A DNA stretch of 64,000 nucleotides, from NCBI GenBank assembly GCA_963828165.1, contig CAWHDR010000001.1, positions 2,816,001 to 2,880,000 on the forward strand, given 5' to 3'. How positions within the stretch are numbered: the first letter of the stretch is position 1; every line of letters starts with the position of its first letter. The translations under genes and the position numbers were made by a program. Below, one piece after another: positions 1 to 9,035 of this stretch. The notes beneath the pieces were generated by a model. It searched no databases, was not told the origin of the DNA, and saw only the letters and a list, made by a program, of their open reading frames with translations. This stretch comes from an uncultured Chloroflexia bacterium. Its GTDB lineage: Bacteria; Chloroflexota; Limnocylindria; Limnocylindrales; CSP1-4.

Positions 1-695
1 CACACGACACGACCGTCGTGGTCTATGGCCGCGATACGGAGGGCCACGCGAACGAGAAGTGGCCCGGGCGTCGGGCTGGCCAGATCGCCGCAACCCGTGC
101 GTTGATGATCCTGCGCTACGCAGGCGTCGACGACGTCCGCCTCCTCGACGGTGGGTACGACTGGTGGGTCAGGACCGGCAATCCGCTCCAGATCGAGCCC
201 GTCGAGCCGACACCGGTGGGGGCCTTCGGGGTGCAGATCCCGCTTCGGCCGGAGGTCATCGTCGACATCGAAGAGGCCAAGCAGATCATCGCCGACCCCG
301 CCGGAGCCGCGCTGGTCAGCATCCGCACGTGGCGCGAGCACATCGGCAATGTCAGTGGCTACAACTACATCGGTCCAGCGGGTCGGATCAAGGGCGACGT
401 CTGGGGCAACTGCGGCACCGACGCCTACCACATGCAGCATTACCGCAACGTCGACAACACGATGCGCGCGTACCCCGAGATCACGGCCAACTGGGCCGAG
501 GCCGGGATCACGGCCGACAAGTGGGTCGCGTTCTACTGCGGCACCGGGTGGCGGGCCAGCGAGACCTGGTTCTACGCGTACCTCCATGACTGGCCGCGGG
601 TGGCGGTCTACGACGGCGGCTGGTTCGAGTGGAGCCAGGACCCGATCAACAACCCCATCGAGATCGGTGAGCCCGTCGAGGTGGACGCCGCCTGA
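1..695 (+). CDS. Multi-domain rhodanese/thiosulfate sulfurtransferase, YnjE-like (5' end outside window)
   Basis: Active-site loop FYCGTGWRAS, C-terminal YDGGWFEWS and LLDGG rhodanese signatures; frame is open to the window edge. Confidence 0.85.
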   Translation, partial: HDTTVVVYGRDTEGHANEKWPGRRAGQIAATRALMILRYAGVDDVRLLDGGYDWWVRTGNPLQIEPVEPTPVGAFGVQIPLRPEVIVDIEEAKQIIADPAGAALVSIRTWREHIGNVSGYNYIGPAGRIKGDVWGNCGTDAYHMQHYRNVDNTMRAYPEITANWAEAGITADKWVAFYCGTGWRASETWFYAYLHDWPRVAVYDGGWFEWSQDPINNPIEIGEPVEVDAA

Positions 696-868
696 CCCGC
701 GAGACGCAGGAGGCAACCCTGGGGTCGCCGTCAGGCGCTCACACAACGTGAACACGACCTTCTGAGCCGCTGGAGTCCGCGCACCGGGGCCGCGCTTGCG
801 ATACGCGCGCAATCCCGCGTGCACCGGGCTTGACTCCTGTCGTCATCGTTTCGGCGCACCATCGAGCG

Positions 869-1090
869 ATGAACGATCGCGACCGTCAGCCAGGCCCGGA
901 CAAGAGCCCGTCCGGACCGCGCGAAGCGAACGATCCGGGCTCGACTCGATACGGCACGAACTCGGGCTCCGGCGCCAATGAGCCGAAGCACCGGGAGCGT
1001 AAGGAGACCAGCCGGGGCTTCGAGCCGCGCCAGGGCGGCGACCAGACCCGGACGCAGCCGAGCCAGGGCGACCGGAGAAACGGACGATGA
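869..1090 (+). CDS. Small hydrophilic, probably disordered hypothetical protein
   Basis: ATG 6 nt after CACCAT -10-like box; G/R/D/P-rich; stop overlaps next ATG (ATGA). Confidence 0.5.
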   Translation: MNDRDRQPGPDKSPSGPREANDPGSTRYGTNSGSGANEPKHRERKETSRGFEPRQGGDQTRTQPSQGDRRNGR

Positions 1091-1284
1091 AGGGCAAGCC
1101 CGCATCCGACAGCCGCGAACGCGAGATCCCCGCTCCCAAGTCCGACCCCGGGATGCGCGAGACCGACGATCACGTCATGGGCAGGGCCCCGCGCGGTGAC
1201 ACGCAGCCGGTCGACGACCTGGATCGTGGCGTCGACGACGAGCATCTCAACTCACCGTCGCAGGGCGTCCGCCCCGAACGCTGA
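1087..1284 (+). CDS. Small hydrophilic hypothetical protein (65 aa)
   Basis: ATGA overlap with upstream ORF, GC3-rich codons, converges on the decarboxylase. Confidence 0.55.
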   Translation: MKGKPASDSREREIPAPKSDPGMRETDDHVMGRAPRGDTQPVDDLDRGVDDEHLNSPSQGVRPER

Positions 1285-1292
1285 GAGCCAGC

Positions 1293-2720
1293 TCAACCCT
1301 CGCGGGCAGCCTCGAGGATCGCCGCGAGGGAGCGGTCGATGTCCTCCTCGGTCGTGGACCAGTTGACGATCGAGATCCGCATCGCCGCCATCCCGTGCCA
1401 CGTCGTCCCCGACAGCCAGCACGTGCCGTCGGCCTGGACGCGCGAGATGACCTGCCGCGTCCACGCATCGGCATCGCCACCGTCCGCCGGGTGGAACCGC
1501 GCGAGGATCTGATCCAGGACCACGTCGTTGAGGATCTCGACCCCGCTGCCGCGCAGTCCGTCCGCCATTCGCGTGGCCAATCGGCAGCCGCGCTCGACCA
1601 TCTCGCGCACGCCGTCGCGGCCGAGTGACCGTAGGGCCGCGTAGGTAGGGAAGCCACGCGCCCGGCGCGAATATTCCGGCACCCACCGGAACTCGTCGCG
1701 TTCCGCCGACCCGTAGACGATGTAGGCGGCACCAGGCGGCGACAGGGCATCGGCGTGGGCGCTTGGATCGCGTACGAACGCGTAGCCGCAGTCGTACGGC
1801 ACGTTGAGCCACTTGTGGCCGTCGGTGGCCCACGAGTCGGCGCCCCCATGTCCGTCGAGGAGATGGCGATAGGCGGGGCTCGCGGCCGCCCACAGGCCGA
1901 ACGCCCCGTCGACGTGGATCCAGGCCTCCGGGTGCCGCTCCCTGATGAGCTCGATGGCCGGTCCGATCGGATCGAACGCGCCGGTGTTCACGTTGCCCGC
2001 CTGGAGCGACACGATCAGCGGCCCGTCCCCGGCCGGGAGCGCCTCGGCGAGCGAATCCATCCGCATGCGGCCCTGCTCGTCGGACTCGACGGAGATCACG
2101 CGCGAACGGCCCATGCCCAGGTATTGCAAGGCGGTCGGGATCGTGGCGTGCGCTTCCGATCCGATGACGACCGAGATCTCGGGGGCACCGAACAGCCCAC
2201 GGTCCTCCACGTCCCAGCCGACTCGCTCGAGGACCCGGTGCCGGGCCGCGGCCAGGCACGTGACGTGCGCCATCTGGCAACCGGTCGTGAGCCCGATGCT
2301 CGCGCCTTCGGGGAGGCCCAGGAGGTCCACCAGCCAGGTGCCGATCACTTCCTCGACCACCGATGCGGACGGACCGGCCGCGAACAGCCCCGCGTTCTGA
2401 TCCCAGGTCGAGGTCAGCCAGTCGGCGGCAAGCGCCGCCGGCAAGGACCCTCCGATCACGAAACCGAAATAGCGCGGACCCGCCATCCCCACGACGCCCG
2501 GCTCGCCGTCACGAGCCAAGGCCTCGATCACCTCCGCTACCGGCAGCCCGGCTTGGGGCACGGGACCGCCGAGGGATGCCAGCAGCTCGTCCCGCCCGGC
2601 GCGCGGGGCGACCGGCCGCTCGTCCAGCGACTCCAGGAAATCGGCCGCCAGTTCGGCCGTCCGCTGCAGGAGCGCCCGATCCGTGGATCGCCGGGTCGAG
2701 CGCGTCAACCCGTCCGTCAT
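1293..2720 (-). CDS. PLP-dependent group II amino-acid decarboxylase (DDC/GAD family)
   Basis: WIHVDGAFG and ADSWATDGHKWLNVPY (PLP lysine), PRYFGFV; start trimmed to MTDGL behind GGAGGG RBS. Confidence 0.9.
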   Translation of the reverse strand: MTDGLTRSTRRSTDRALLQRTAELAADFLESLDERPVAPRAGRDELLASLGGPVPQAGLPVAEVIEALARDGEPGVVGMAGPRYFGFVIGGSLPAALAADWLTSTWDQNAGLFAAGPSASVVEEVIGTWLVDLLGLPEGASIGLTTGCQMAHVTCLAAARHRVLERVGWDVEDRGLFGAPEISVVIGSEAHATIPTALQYLGMGRSRVISVESDEQGRMRMDSLAEALPAGDGPLIVSLQAGNVNTGAFDPIGPAIELIRERHPEAWIHVDGAFGLWAAASPAYRHLLDGHGGADSWATDGHKWLNVPYDCGYAFVRDPSAHADALSPPGAAYIVYGSAERDEFRWVPEYSRRARGFPTYAALRSLGRDGVREMVERGCRLATRMADGLRGSGVEILNDVVLDQILARFHPADGGDADAWTRQVISRVQADGTCWLSGTTWHGMAAMRISIVNWSTTEEDIDRSLAAILEAAREG

Positions 2721-2806
2721 TCCCACCCTCCGATCGCTGCGTCCCGCTACGTCACGGCTCATCTTGCCCCATGCGCGCAGGCCTCGGGCTGCGGTAGCGT
2801 GCACCG

Positions 2807-4012
2807 ATGGTCGAACGCCCCGCCCCGGACGTGCGCATCCCGCTCGGCGTCGTCGTCGGGCTCTTCCTCGCATCGGTGGCCCTGCGGCCGCAGCTGCTCG
2901 CGATCGGCCCGTTGCTGCCGCTGATCCGCGAAGACCTCGACCTGCCGGCCAGCCTGGCCGGACTTCTGACCACGATCCCGGTGCTGTGCATGGGGATCTT
3001 CGCCCCGATCGGCCCGCGCGTCGCCGCGCGGCTCGGGCCACGGACCGCGTTCGCGGTCTGCCTCGGGCTCATCGTCGCCTTTGGATCGCTGCGGGCCGTG
3101 GCACCGGCATACCCCCTCATCCTGCTGGCCACGCTCGGGCTCGGGATCGGTGTCGGGATCGCCGGGGCGATCCCGTCGATGATCGTGTCGCAGCGGATGC
3201 CCGAACGGCCGGCACTCGGTACCGGAGCCTATGCCGGCGGCATCGTGGCGGGTTCGACGATCGCCGCCGCGGTGGCCGTGCCCTTGGCGGTGGGCGGCGA
3301 CTGGCGGCTGTCCCTGGTGCTGCTGTCGGCCGCCTCGATCCTGTCGATCGCCGCCTGGCTCCTGCTCGTCCGCGGAGAGGGCAAGATCCCACGTCTGGAT
3401 CCCACGGCGAGGCGGCTGCCGTGGGGCAGCGGCACCGGCTGGCTGCTCGTGCTGCTCTTCGGGCTCCAGTCGCTGATGTACTACGGGATCGTCGCATGGC
3501 TCCCGAATGCGTTCGTGGAGCGGGGCTGGTCCGCTGCCGCCGCGGGCTCGCTCATCGCCGTCTTCAACGGCGTCGGCCTGGTGACGACGATCGGCGTGCC
3601 ACTCGTGGCCGACCGGCTCGGTGCCCGGCGACTGCAGTTGCTCGCCTCAGCGGCCGTCGCGACGGTGGCGCTCGCGGGCATCATCGTGGTGCCGACGCTG
3701 GCATACGGCTGGATCGCCATCCTGGGGCTCGCCCTCGGCGCGATCTTTCCCCTCGTCCTGACGCTGCCGCTGGACGTCACCGACGACCCCGGCCAGGTTG
3801 GCTCGGTCGCCGCATTGATGCTATTCGGCGGCTACATCCTGTCGTCCCTGGGGCCATTCATCCTCGGGGCGGCGCGAGATCTGACCGGCGATTTCGAAAC
3901 CAGCCTGTGGTTGCTCGTTGCGATCGGCGTCGTCTTGATCGGGTGCTGCACGATGCTCTCGCCCGAGCGCTTGCGCCGTGGCATCCGCCGACCCGTCCTG
4001 CATGGGGCATGA
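2807..4012 (+). CDS. CynX/NimT-family MFS transporter
   Basis: About 12 hydrophobic segments, LRP...IGPLLPLIREDL and LQSLMYY...WLP motifs; TAGCGT box 6 nt upstream. Confidence 0.85.
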   Translation: MVERPAPDVRIPLGVVVGLFLASVALRPQLLAIGPLLPLIREDLDLPASLAGLLTTIPVLCMGIFAPIGPRVAARLGPRTAFAVCLGLIVAFGSLRAVAPAYPLILLATLGLGIGVGIAGAIPSMIVSQRMPERPALGTGAYAGGIVAGSTIAAAVAVPLAVGGDWRLSLVLLSAASILSIAAWLLLVRGEGKIPRLDPTARRLPWGSGTGWLLVLLFGLQSLMYYGIVAWLPNAFVERGWSAAAAGSLIAVFNGVGLVTTIGVPLVADRLGARRLQLLASAAVATVALAGIIVVPTLAYGWIAILGLALGAIFPLVLTLPLDVTDDPGQVGSVAALMLFGGYILSSLGPFILGAARDLTGDFETSLWLLVAIGVVLIGCCTMLSPERLRRGIRRPVLHGA

Positions 4013-4842
4013 TTCAGCGGATGTACCTGGTGATCCTTGCGGATGGCCGGACCCGGCAGCGACCGCCGACCGGCGGTGAACTTCCCGTGGCCTTCCAACA
4101 AGCTGCGGATGGGCGGACCGGCCTCGAACGAACGGTCCAACGGCTCGCGCCATTGATCGACGCTCTCGACGTGGTCGTCGTGACGGACCGCCGAAACGGG
4201 CAGACCGTCCGAAGCCTGATCCCGGATGCCCTCGTCCTGGCCGAGCCGATCCATCGCAACACCGCCGCCTCGGTCACGCTGGCGACCGTGTCGGTCGAAC
4301 GATCCGCGGACGAGGCGATGCTCGTGGTGATCGCCGATCACGACATCGAGGACGACGACGCGTTCCGTCGTGCCGTCAGCACCATGGCGGAGTCGCTCGC
4401 CGCGACCGAGACTCCGGGTGGACTCGCGGCGCCCCTCGTGGCATTCGGTGTGACCCCGACCGACGCCGATCCGGGATGGAGCTACATCCGACCGCGGTAC
4501 GGCGACGCCTTTCGGGCGGGTGCGCTGCGTGGCTTTCCGGTGGATGGCTACGAGGCGCATCCGAATGCGACACGGGCCCGCGAGCTGTTCGACTCCGGGA
4601 CGACGTACTGGAGCGCCGGCATCTTCCTGTGGCGGCGCGCCGACATCCATGCCGCCATCGAGCGCTACACGCCACTCCTCACGCTGATCGAGCCGGCCCA
4701 TCGTTCGGAGCTCGCGCTCGCCGCGGCGTACGACCGGATCCAGCCGCTCTCGATCGACGAGACCGTGCTGGCGGGCGCCGCGGACGACGGCGCCGTGGTG
4801 GCGATCCCCCTGGACGTGGGCTGGAAGCCGAGCGGGGACTAG
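4009..4842 (+). CDS. Degenerate mannose-1-phosphate guanylyltransferase-like nucleotidyltransferase
   Basis: AEPIHRNTAAS, ADH.I, GVTPT...SYI, YWSAGIFLW, SID, PLDVGW recognisable; the Gly-rich N-terminal motif is altered; start 4009 (ATGA overlap) or 4021. Confidence 0.75.
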   Translation: MIQRMYLVILADGRTRQRPPTGGELPVAFQQAADGRTGLERTVQRLAPLIDALDVVVVTDRRNGQTVRSLIPDALVLAEPIHRNTAASVTLATVSVERSADEAMLVVIADHDIEDDDAFRRAVSTMAESLAATETPGGLAAPLVAFGVTPTDADPGWSYIRPRYGDAFRAGALRGFPVDGYEAHPNATRARELFDSGTTYWSAGIFLWRRADIHAAIERYTPLLTLIEPAHRSELALAAAYDRIQPLSIDETVLAGAADDGAVVAIPLDVGWKPSGD

Positions 4843-5000
4843 CCACAGCACCTGGCGGATATCGACGCTCGCCGGGTATGGGATGGACGAAGGTCCGCCC
4901 CCGGATGCGACCGCTGCGCATGCTCGGTTCGGGGCCGTGGTGTTCTGATGCGGTGGTCGAGCCCTCGATCCCGGAAGGCTCCCAGGCAGAAGGAACCCAG

Positions 5001-5612
5001 ATGAACCGCTCCCCCAACCTCTCCCGCGTGGCTGCCCCGGTGGCCGCGCTCTTCGCCGTTCTCGCCGTGCTCGTCGTGGTGGCCGGCGGGGCCTTCGGTC
5101 GGTCCGCCGACCCATCTCCGGCCCCCAGCGATCGCCCGTCGACACCGCCCAGTGTCGCCCCGAGTGCTCCATCGTCACCGCAGCCGACGGTCGACCCAAC
5201 GGTCGCGCCGACCGAGGACCCGGCAAACGGCTTCATCACGGTCGCTCTCGACAACCTGACCGATCACGACGTCTCGGTCGTCATCGACGATGAGACCGGC
5301 ATCCTCGACGGAGCGGTCTCCGGCAATCCCGGCGACGGCATGTCGGTCCGCTGGCTCGACGTGGAGGTCGACAATCTCGACTCGACGACACTACGCGTCG
5401 TGTGGGTCGGCCTCCCGCGCGATGAGGAGGTCCGGCTGTCCATCTCCGAGGCCGATGGCACCTATCGCCTCAGCTTCGTTCAGGCGGCCCCGCCGGCGTA
5501 TTCCGATGCCGTCGGCTACGACCGCATCCTCGTCCTGCGCTTCGACACGGACGTCAATGCCGACGATGTCAAGGTCACCTTCGATGAGGCCGGGGCCGCC
5601 AGCGCCGGCTGA
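5001..5612 (+). CDS. Secreted or membrane-anchored hypothetical protein with Pro/Ser/Thr linker
   Basis: AAGGAA RBS, N-terminal hydrophobic helix, P/S/T linker, beta-rich acidic domain. Confidence 0.7.
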   Translation: MNRSPNLSRVAAPVAALFAVLAVLVVVAGGAFGRSADPSPAPSDRPSTPPSVAPSAPSSPQPTVDPTVAPTEDPANGFITVALDNLTDHDVSVVIDDETGILDGAVSGNPGDGMSVRWLDVEVDNLDSTTLRVVWVGLPRDEEVRLSISEADGTYRLSFVQAAPPAYSDAVGYDRILVLRFDTDVNADDVKVTFDEAGAASAG

Positions 5613-5691
5613 CCCGTCCCCAGCAGGATCCATCGCCCGGCCATCTCGGTCGGGCGATGCCATGCCCGCCTTCCGCTGCCATCATCAGGAC

Positions 5692-6720
5692 GTGACCGTC
5701 CCGACCCTCAGCCGTCGCGCGTTGAACCGCGCGCTCCTGGCGCGCCAGCTCCTCCTCGAGCGCTCGACCCTCTCGATCCCCGAGGCGGTGGAGCAGGTCG
5801 GCGGCCTCCAGACACAGTACGCACCGTCCGGCTACGTGGGGTTGTGGACGAGGCTGCGCGATCTCCCGCGTGAGGCGCTCACGACGGCCCTCGAGGACCG
5901 AAGCGTCATCCAGGCGTCGTTGATGCGGGTGACGATCCACGTCGTGTCAAGGCGCGAGTACTGGCGCTATGCCCTCGGCGTCCGCCGGGCGCGACAGCAG
6001 TGGGCGCTGCGAACACCGGGCGGGGCAGGGGAGGCCGCGATGGTGGCGGCTGCGGCTCGGATCCGCGCGGCCCTCGCGGACGGCCCACGTACGGTCAAGG
6101 AACTCGGCGAGCTCGGTGCCGGGTTCGTGGGAAACCTCGGTCTCTGGGTCGACCTTGTCCGCGTCCCGCCATCGGGTACCTGGGAACGCCGACGGGCGGA
6201 CCATCTGGCCCTTGCGGAAACCTGGGTCGGCGAACCGGACGCGACGGAGGCAGAGGGCCTCACGCACCTGGTCCACGCCTACCTGCGCGCATTCGGCCCG
6301 GCAACGTGGCGGGACATCGCCTCGTGGGCCGGGATCACGGCCACTGACGCCAAGCGCGGCGGCGAAGGCTTGACCCTGACCGCCTATCGCGACGAGGACG
6401 GTCGCTCACTCGTCGACCTGCCCGACGCGCCCCTGCCCGATCCGGGGACGCCGGCGCCGATCCGGTTCCTGCCGCATTGGGACGCCAACCTGCTGGTCCA
6501 CGCGCGACGGACTCAGGTATTGCCCGAACCGTATCGACCGCTCGTATTCAGCATCCGCAAGCCGTTTTCCGTCGGGACCTATCTCGTCGACGGCGCCGTG
6601 GCCGGCGCCTGGTCCGCGAAAGACGGTCGGATCCTCCTGGACCCGTTCGAGGAGCTCTCGGCGAGCGATCGGCGCGCTGTAGAGCGTGAACGCGAGGCGC
6701 TGGAAGCATTCAGCGCGTGA
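5692..6720 (+). CDS. AlkZ-like DNA glycosylase (HTH_42 winged-helix family)
   Basis: LNRALLARQLLL, GLQTQ (QxQ catalytic motif), GLWTR, MRVTIH, YLRAFGPAT..D.A.WAG, RFLPHWD. Confidence 0.85.
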   Translation: MTVPTLSRRALNRALLARQLLLERSTLSIPEAVEQVGGLQTQYAPSGYVGLWTRLRDLPREALTTALEDRSVIQASLMRVTIHVVSRREYWRYALGVRRARQQWALRTPGGAGEAAMVAAAARIRAALADGPRTVKELGELGAGFVGNLGLWVDLVRVPPSGTWERRRADHLALAETWVGEPDATEAEGLTHLVHAYLRAFGPATWRDIASWAGITATDAKRGGEGLTLTAYRDEDGRSLVDLPDAPLPDPGTPAPIRFLPHWDANLLVHARRTQVLPEPYRPLVFSIRKPFSVGTYLVDGAVAGAWSAKDGRILLDPFEELSASDRRAVEREREALEAFSA

Positions 6721-6745
6721 CTCGGAGGGACGAAGCCATGCGCCG

Positions 6746-7675
6746 TCATGACACGATCTCCACGATGTCGTTGTCGGCAACCATATGATCGCGCCCGACG
6801 CGCTGGCCTTCGAAGCGAGCCGACGTGCCCCAGACACGCGCGGCCGTGAAGCTCGCGCCCAGATCGTGATGGACCCAGTCGGCCACATCGGTGACCGTCG
6901 CGCCCGGATGGAGCGCGAGCGGTTCCTCGTCGACGGTGCCGCCCTTCCGCAGCCGAACACGGAGAAGGCCGGTCAGCCCCCAGACCGCGGCCCGAAAGGC
7001 ATCGAGCGACGCCTCGTCGATGATCGATACCGGGATCACATCGAGGTCCGGGAAGGCCGCCGCCAGGCGGGACAGGGAGCCCGGCCCGGCCTCGTCGGAC
7101 CGCGTCGCGGCGAGCAGCGCCGGTTTCTCGATGCCGGCGGCGGCGATCTCGGCCACGACGACCTCGAGCTCCGCGGGATCGGCGTCACTGCGGCAGCAGT
7201 AGACGATCGCATCGGCCGACCGCAGGACACCGAGCAGCGCCCGACCGCCACCCCGGTCCTCCGAGGCGCCCTCGATCAGCCCCGGGATCTCGACGAGCTG
7301 GATGAGCACGCCGCCGATGCGCGTGAGTGCGGGGACCGGTCGGAGGGTCGTGAACGGGTAGTCCCCGGTCTTGATCTGGATCTCGGACAGCGCCTGAAGC
7401 AGCGACGACTTCCCGACGTTGGGCGGCCCGACGAGGGCGATCTGCGCCGCGCCCTCTCGCCGGACGGCGATCGAGTCACGGTGGACGGCGCTCGCCCTGA
7501 CCCGCGTGTCCTCGATCTCGGACATGAGCCACTTGCGCAGGTCCGCGTACGGCCCGTTGCGATAATCCGGTAGCTCGCCGAGGAGCGCCTGGACCTCCCG
7601 GATCCGCTCCCGACCTTCCTTGCCTGTCAATCGACGCTTCGCCACCTGCGCGAACGTCCTGTGCGGCATCGGCAT
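6746..7675 (-). CDS. DRG/Rbg-like OBG-family GTPase with C-terminal TGS domain
   Basis: G1 GPPNVGKS, YPFTTL, PGLIEGA..RG.G, TGS ARVWGTSARFEGQRVGRDH; GAGGTAAGGAG RBS. Confidence 0.85.
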   Translation of the reverse strand: MPMPHRTFAQVAKRRLTGKEGRERIREVQALLGELPDYRNGPYADLRKWLMSEIEDTRVRASAVHRDSIAVRREGAAQIALVGPPNVGKSSLLQALSEIQIKTGDYPFTTLRPVPALTRIGGVLIQLVEIPGLIEGASEDRGGGRALLGVLRSADAIVYCCRSDADPAELEVVVAEIAAAGIEKPALLAATRSDEAGPGSLSRLAAAFPDLDVIPVSIIDEASLDAFRAAVWGLTGLLRVRLRKGGTVDEEPLALHPGATVTDVADWVHHDLGASFTAARVWGTSARFEGQRVGRDHMVADNDIVEIVS

Positions 7676-7689
7676 GCCGATCTCCTTAC

Positions 7690-7788
7690 CTCACGCGGAA
7701 CGACACGGCCCGCGCAGCCCGAGGGGGCTGCGACGGCGGCACGCGTCGTCCCGCCCCTTCCACCGACGCTGGTTCTGGAAGGGGCGGC
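7690..7788 (-). promoter_or_regulatory. Structured 5' leader (candidate attenuator) of the GTPase gene
   Basis: Perfect 12-bp stem 7751-7762/7776-7787; 8-bp stem 7713-7720/7725-7732; 13-bp stem with 2 G-U pairs 7695-7707/7742-7754 that overlaps the first stem. Confidence 0.6.
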
Positions 7789-7857
7789 TCAGCCGGTGAT
7801 GTCGAAGAGGGAGGCGAGCCAGGCGCTCTGCGCTTGCAAGCCGATCGGAGCGGTCAT
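7789..7857 (-). CDS. Candidate leader peptide MTAPIGLQAQSAWLASLFDITG (22 aa)
   Basis: ATG 9 nt after a TACGCT -10-like box; TGA directly abuts the 12-bp hairpin; below the ORF-track cutoff. Confidence 0.55.
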   Translation of the reverse strand: MTAPIGLQAQSAWLASLFDITG

Positions 7858-7953
7858 CGTGGCTGCAGCGTACACCGCTCTGCGATGCGGGTTGAACATC
7901 CCGCGGCGGTCGTGTGAGGCAGATAGGCCCGCGGACCGGACTACCGTGCGGCG

Positions 7954-8367
7954 ATGAAGACCTTGAAGGGCCTCGTGCTCATCTCCGCGATCGTCGCAGG
8001 CGGCACGCTGTCAGCCTGCAGCAACGCCCCGGGCGCGAGCCCGTCCCTGCCGGCCGTGTCCCTGCCCGCGGTCTCGATCGATCCGTCCGCGGCGGCCGGC
8101 GCCGTGGTCGCTGTCCTGGACCAGCTCGACTCCGAGATCACGGCCAACCAGACGGCAACCGGGCTGACGGTGGAGGAGCGTGACGCGCTCAAGGAGACCG
8201 TCGCCACGATCCGTGCCGCCGTCCAGACGGGCGACTTCTCTGCGGCGCAGCCCGCAGTGGACGAGCTGAAGGCAAAGGTGGCCGAGCTCGACGCGAAGCT
8301 CGGGACGGACGCCGGGACACGCCTGAAGGCCGCACTCACGCAGCTCGAGGCGCTCCTCGCCAGCTGA
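7954..8367 (+). CDS. Lipoprotein, helical, unknown function
   Basis: MKTLK-hydrophobic-LSAC lipobox; TACCGT box 6 nt upstream. Confidence 0.75.
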   Translation: MKTLKGLVLISAIVAGGTLSACSNAPGASPSLPAVSLPAVSIDPSAAAGAVVAVLDQLDSEITANQTATGLTVEERDALKETVATIRAAVQTGDFSAAQPAVDELKAKVAELDAKLGTDAGTRLKAALTQLEALLAS

Positions 8368-8384
8368 CGCGTCGCAGCCCGGAC

Positions 8385-8771
8385 TCAGTCCTGCTTGCGG
8401 TCGATGGCGCGCGCGAGCTCCAGCTTGTCCATCTTCGATCGACCCTCGACGCCAAGATCCCGAGCTCGCTCGTAGAGCTCGGCCTTGGTGTGCCCCAGGT
8501 AGTCGACTCCGCCGAGGGACTCACCCCGGCCCTCCCGCGCGGCTGCGCCGCGATGCGTCGAGCGCGGGTCCGACGGCCCCTTCTCGTCCTTCGGCTCCCA
8601 GTGGTCGTCGACCTTCTCGAACGAGTGCTTGAGGGACTTGAACGCGGTCCGATGCGCACGTTCGCCGTCGCCGTACTGCTCCGCGGCGCTGTCGTGCGTC
8701 TTGAGCCAGGTCTCCTGGGCCTTCTTGGGCGACCGTTTGAGCGTCCCGGGCAGGGATTCGTCAGCAGGCAT
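8385..8771 (-). CDS. ChaB family protein with C-terminal Rho-N-like helical motif
   Basis: LPGTLKRSPKKAQETW..THDSA..QYGDGERAHRTAF; C-terminal TKAELYERARDLGVEGRSKM. Confidence 0.85.
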   Translation of the reverse strand: MPADESLPGTLKRSPKKAQETWLKTHDSAAEQYGDGERAHRTAFKSLKHSFEKVDDHWEPKDEKGPSDPRSTHRGAAAREGRGESLGGVDYLGHTKAELYERARDLGVEGRSKMDKLELARAIDRKQD

Positions 8772-9035
8772 CGATGGCGTCCTCTCGTGCGGTTGTCAGG
8801 ACCACGAGCATCGTAATCCCGCCGTGGGGCTGACATCCCGACACGCCGGGCTGAGCCGGGACGTGGCCGCCGACGTTGCCTACTTCGTCGACCGGCTCGC
8901 CGCCAGGCTCGTCTTCGGATCGACGTCGCATTCGAGGAGTCCACCTGCGCAGCGACCATCAATGCGACCGAAGGCTGATAGGCGCCCACGTGCGAATGCC
9001 GCAAACTGGTGTCCCGATAGCATCAGGAGAGGCCC

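Noticed and set aside
2683-4008. 719-aa ORF suggesting a long N-terminal fusion to the nucleotidyltransferase
   Set aside because: The Arg-rich extension is an off-frame read of the MFS gene; homology starts at about 4009-4021
8830-8930. Coding-like intergenic stretches (HAGLSRDVAADVAYFVDRLA here; also 52475-52600 and 49733-49786)
   Set aside because: Could be further gene relics, but too short and without a family I can name
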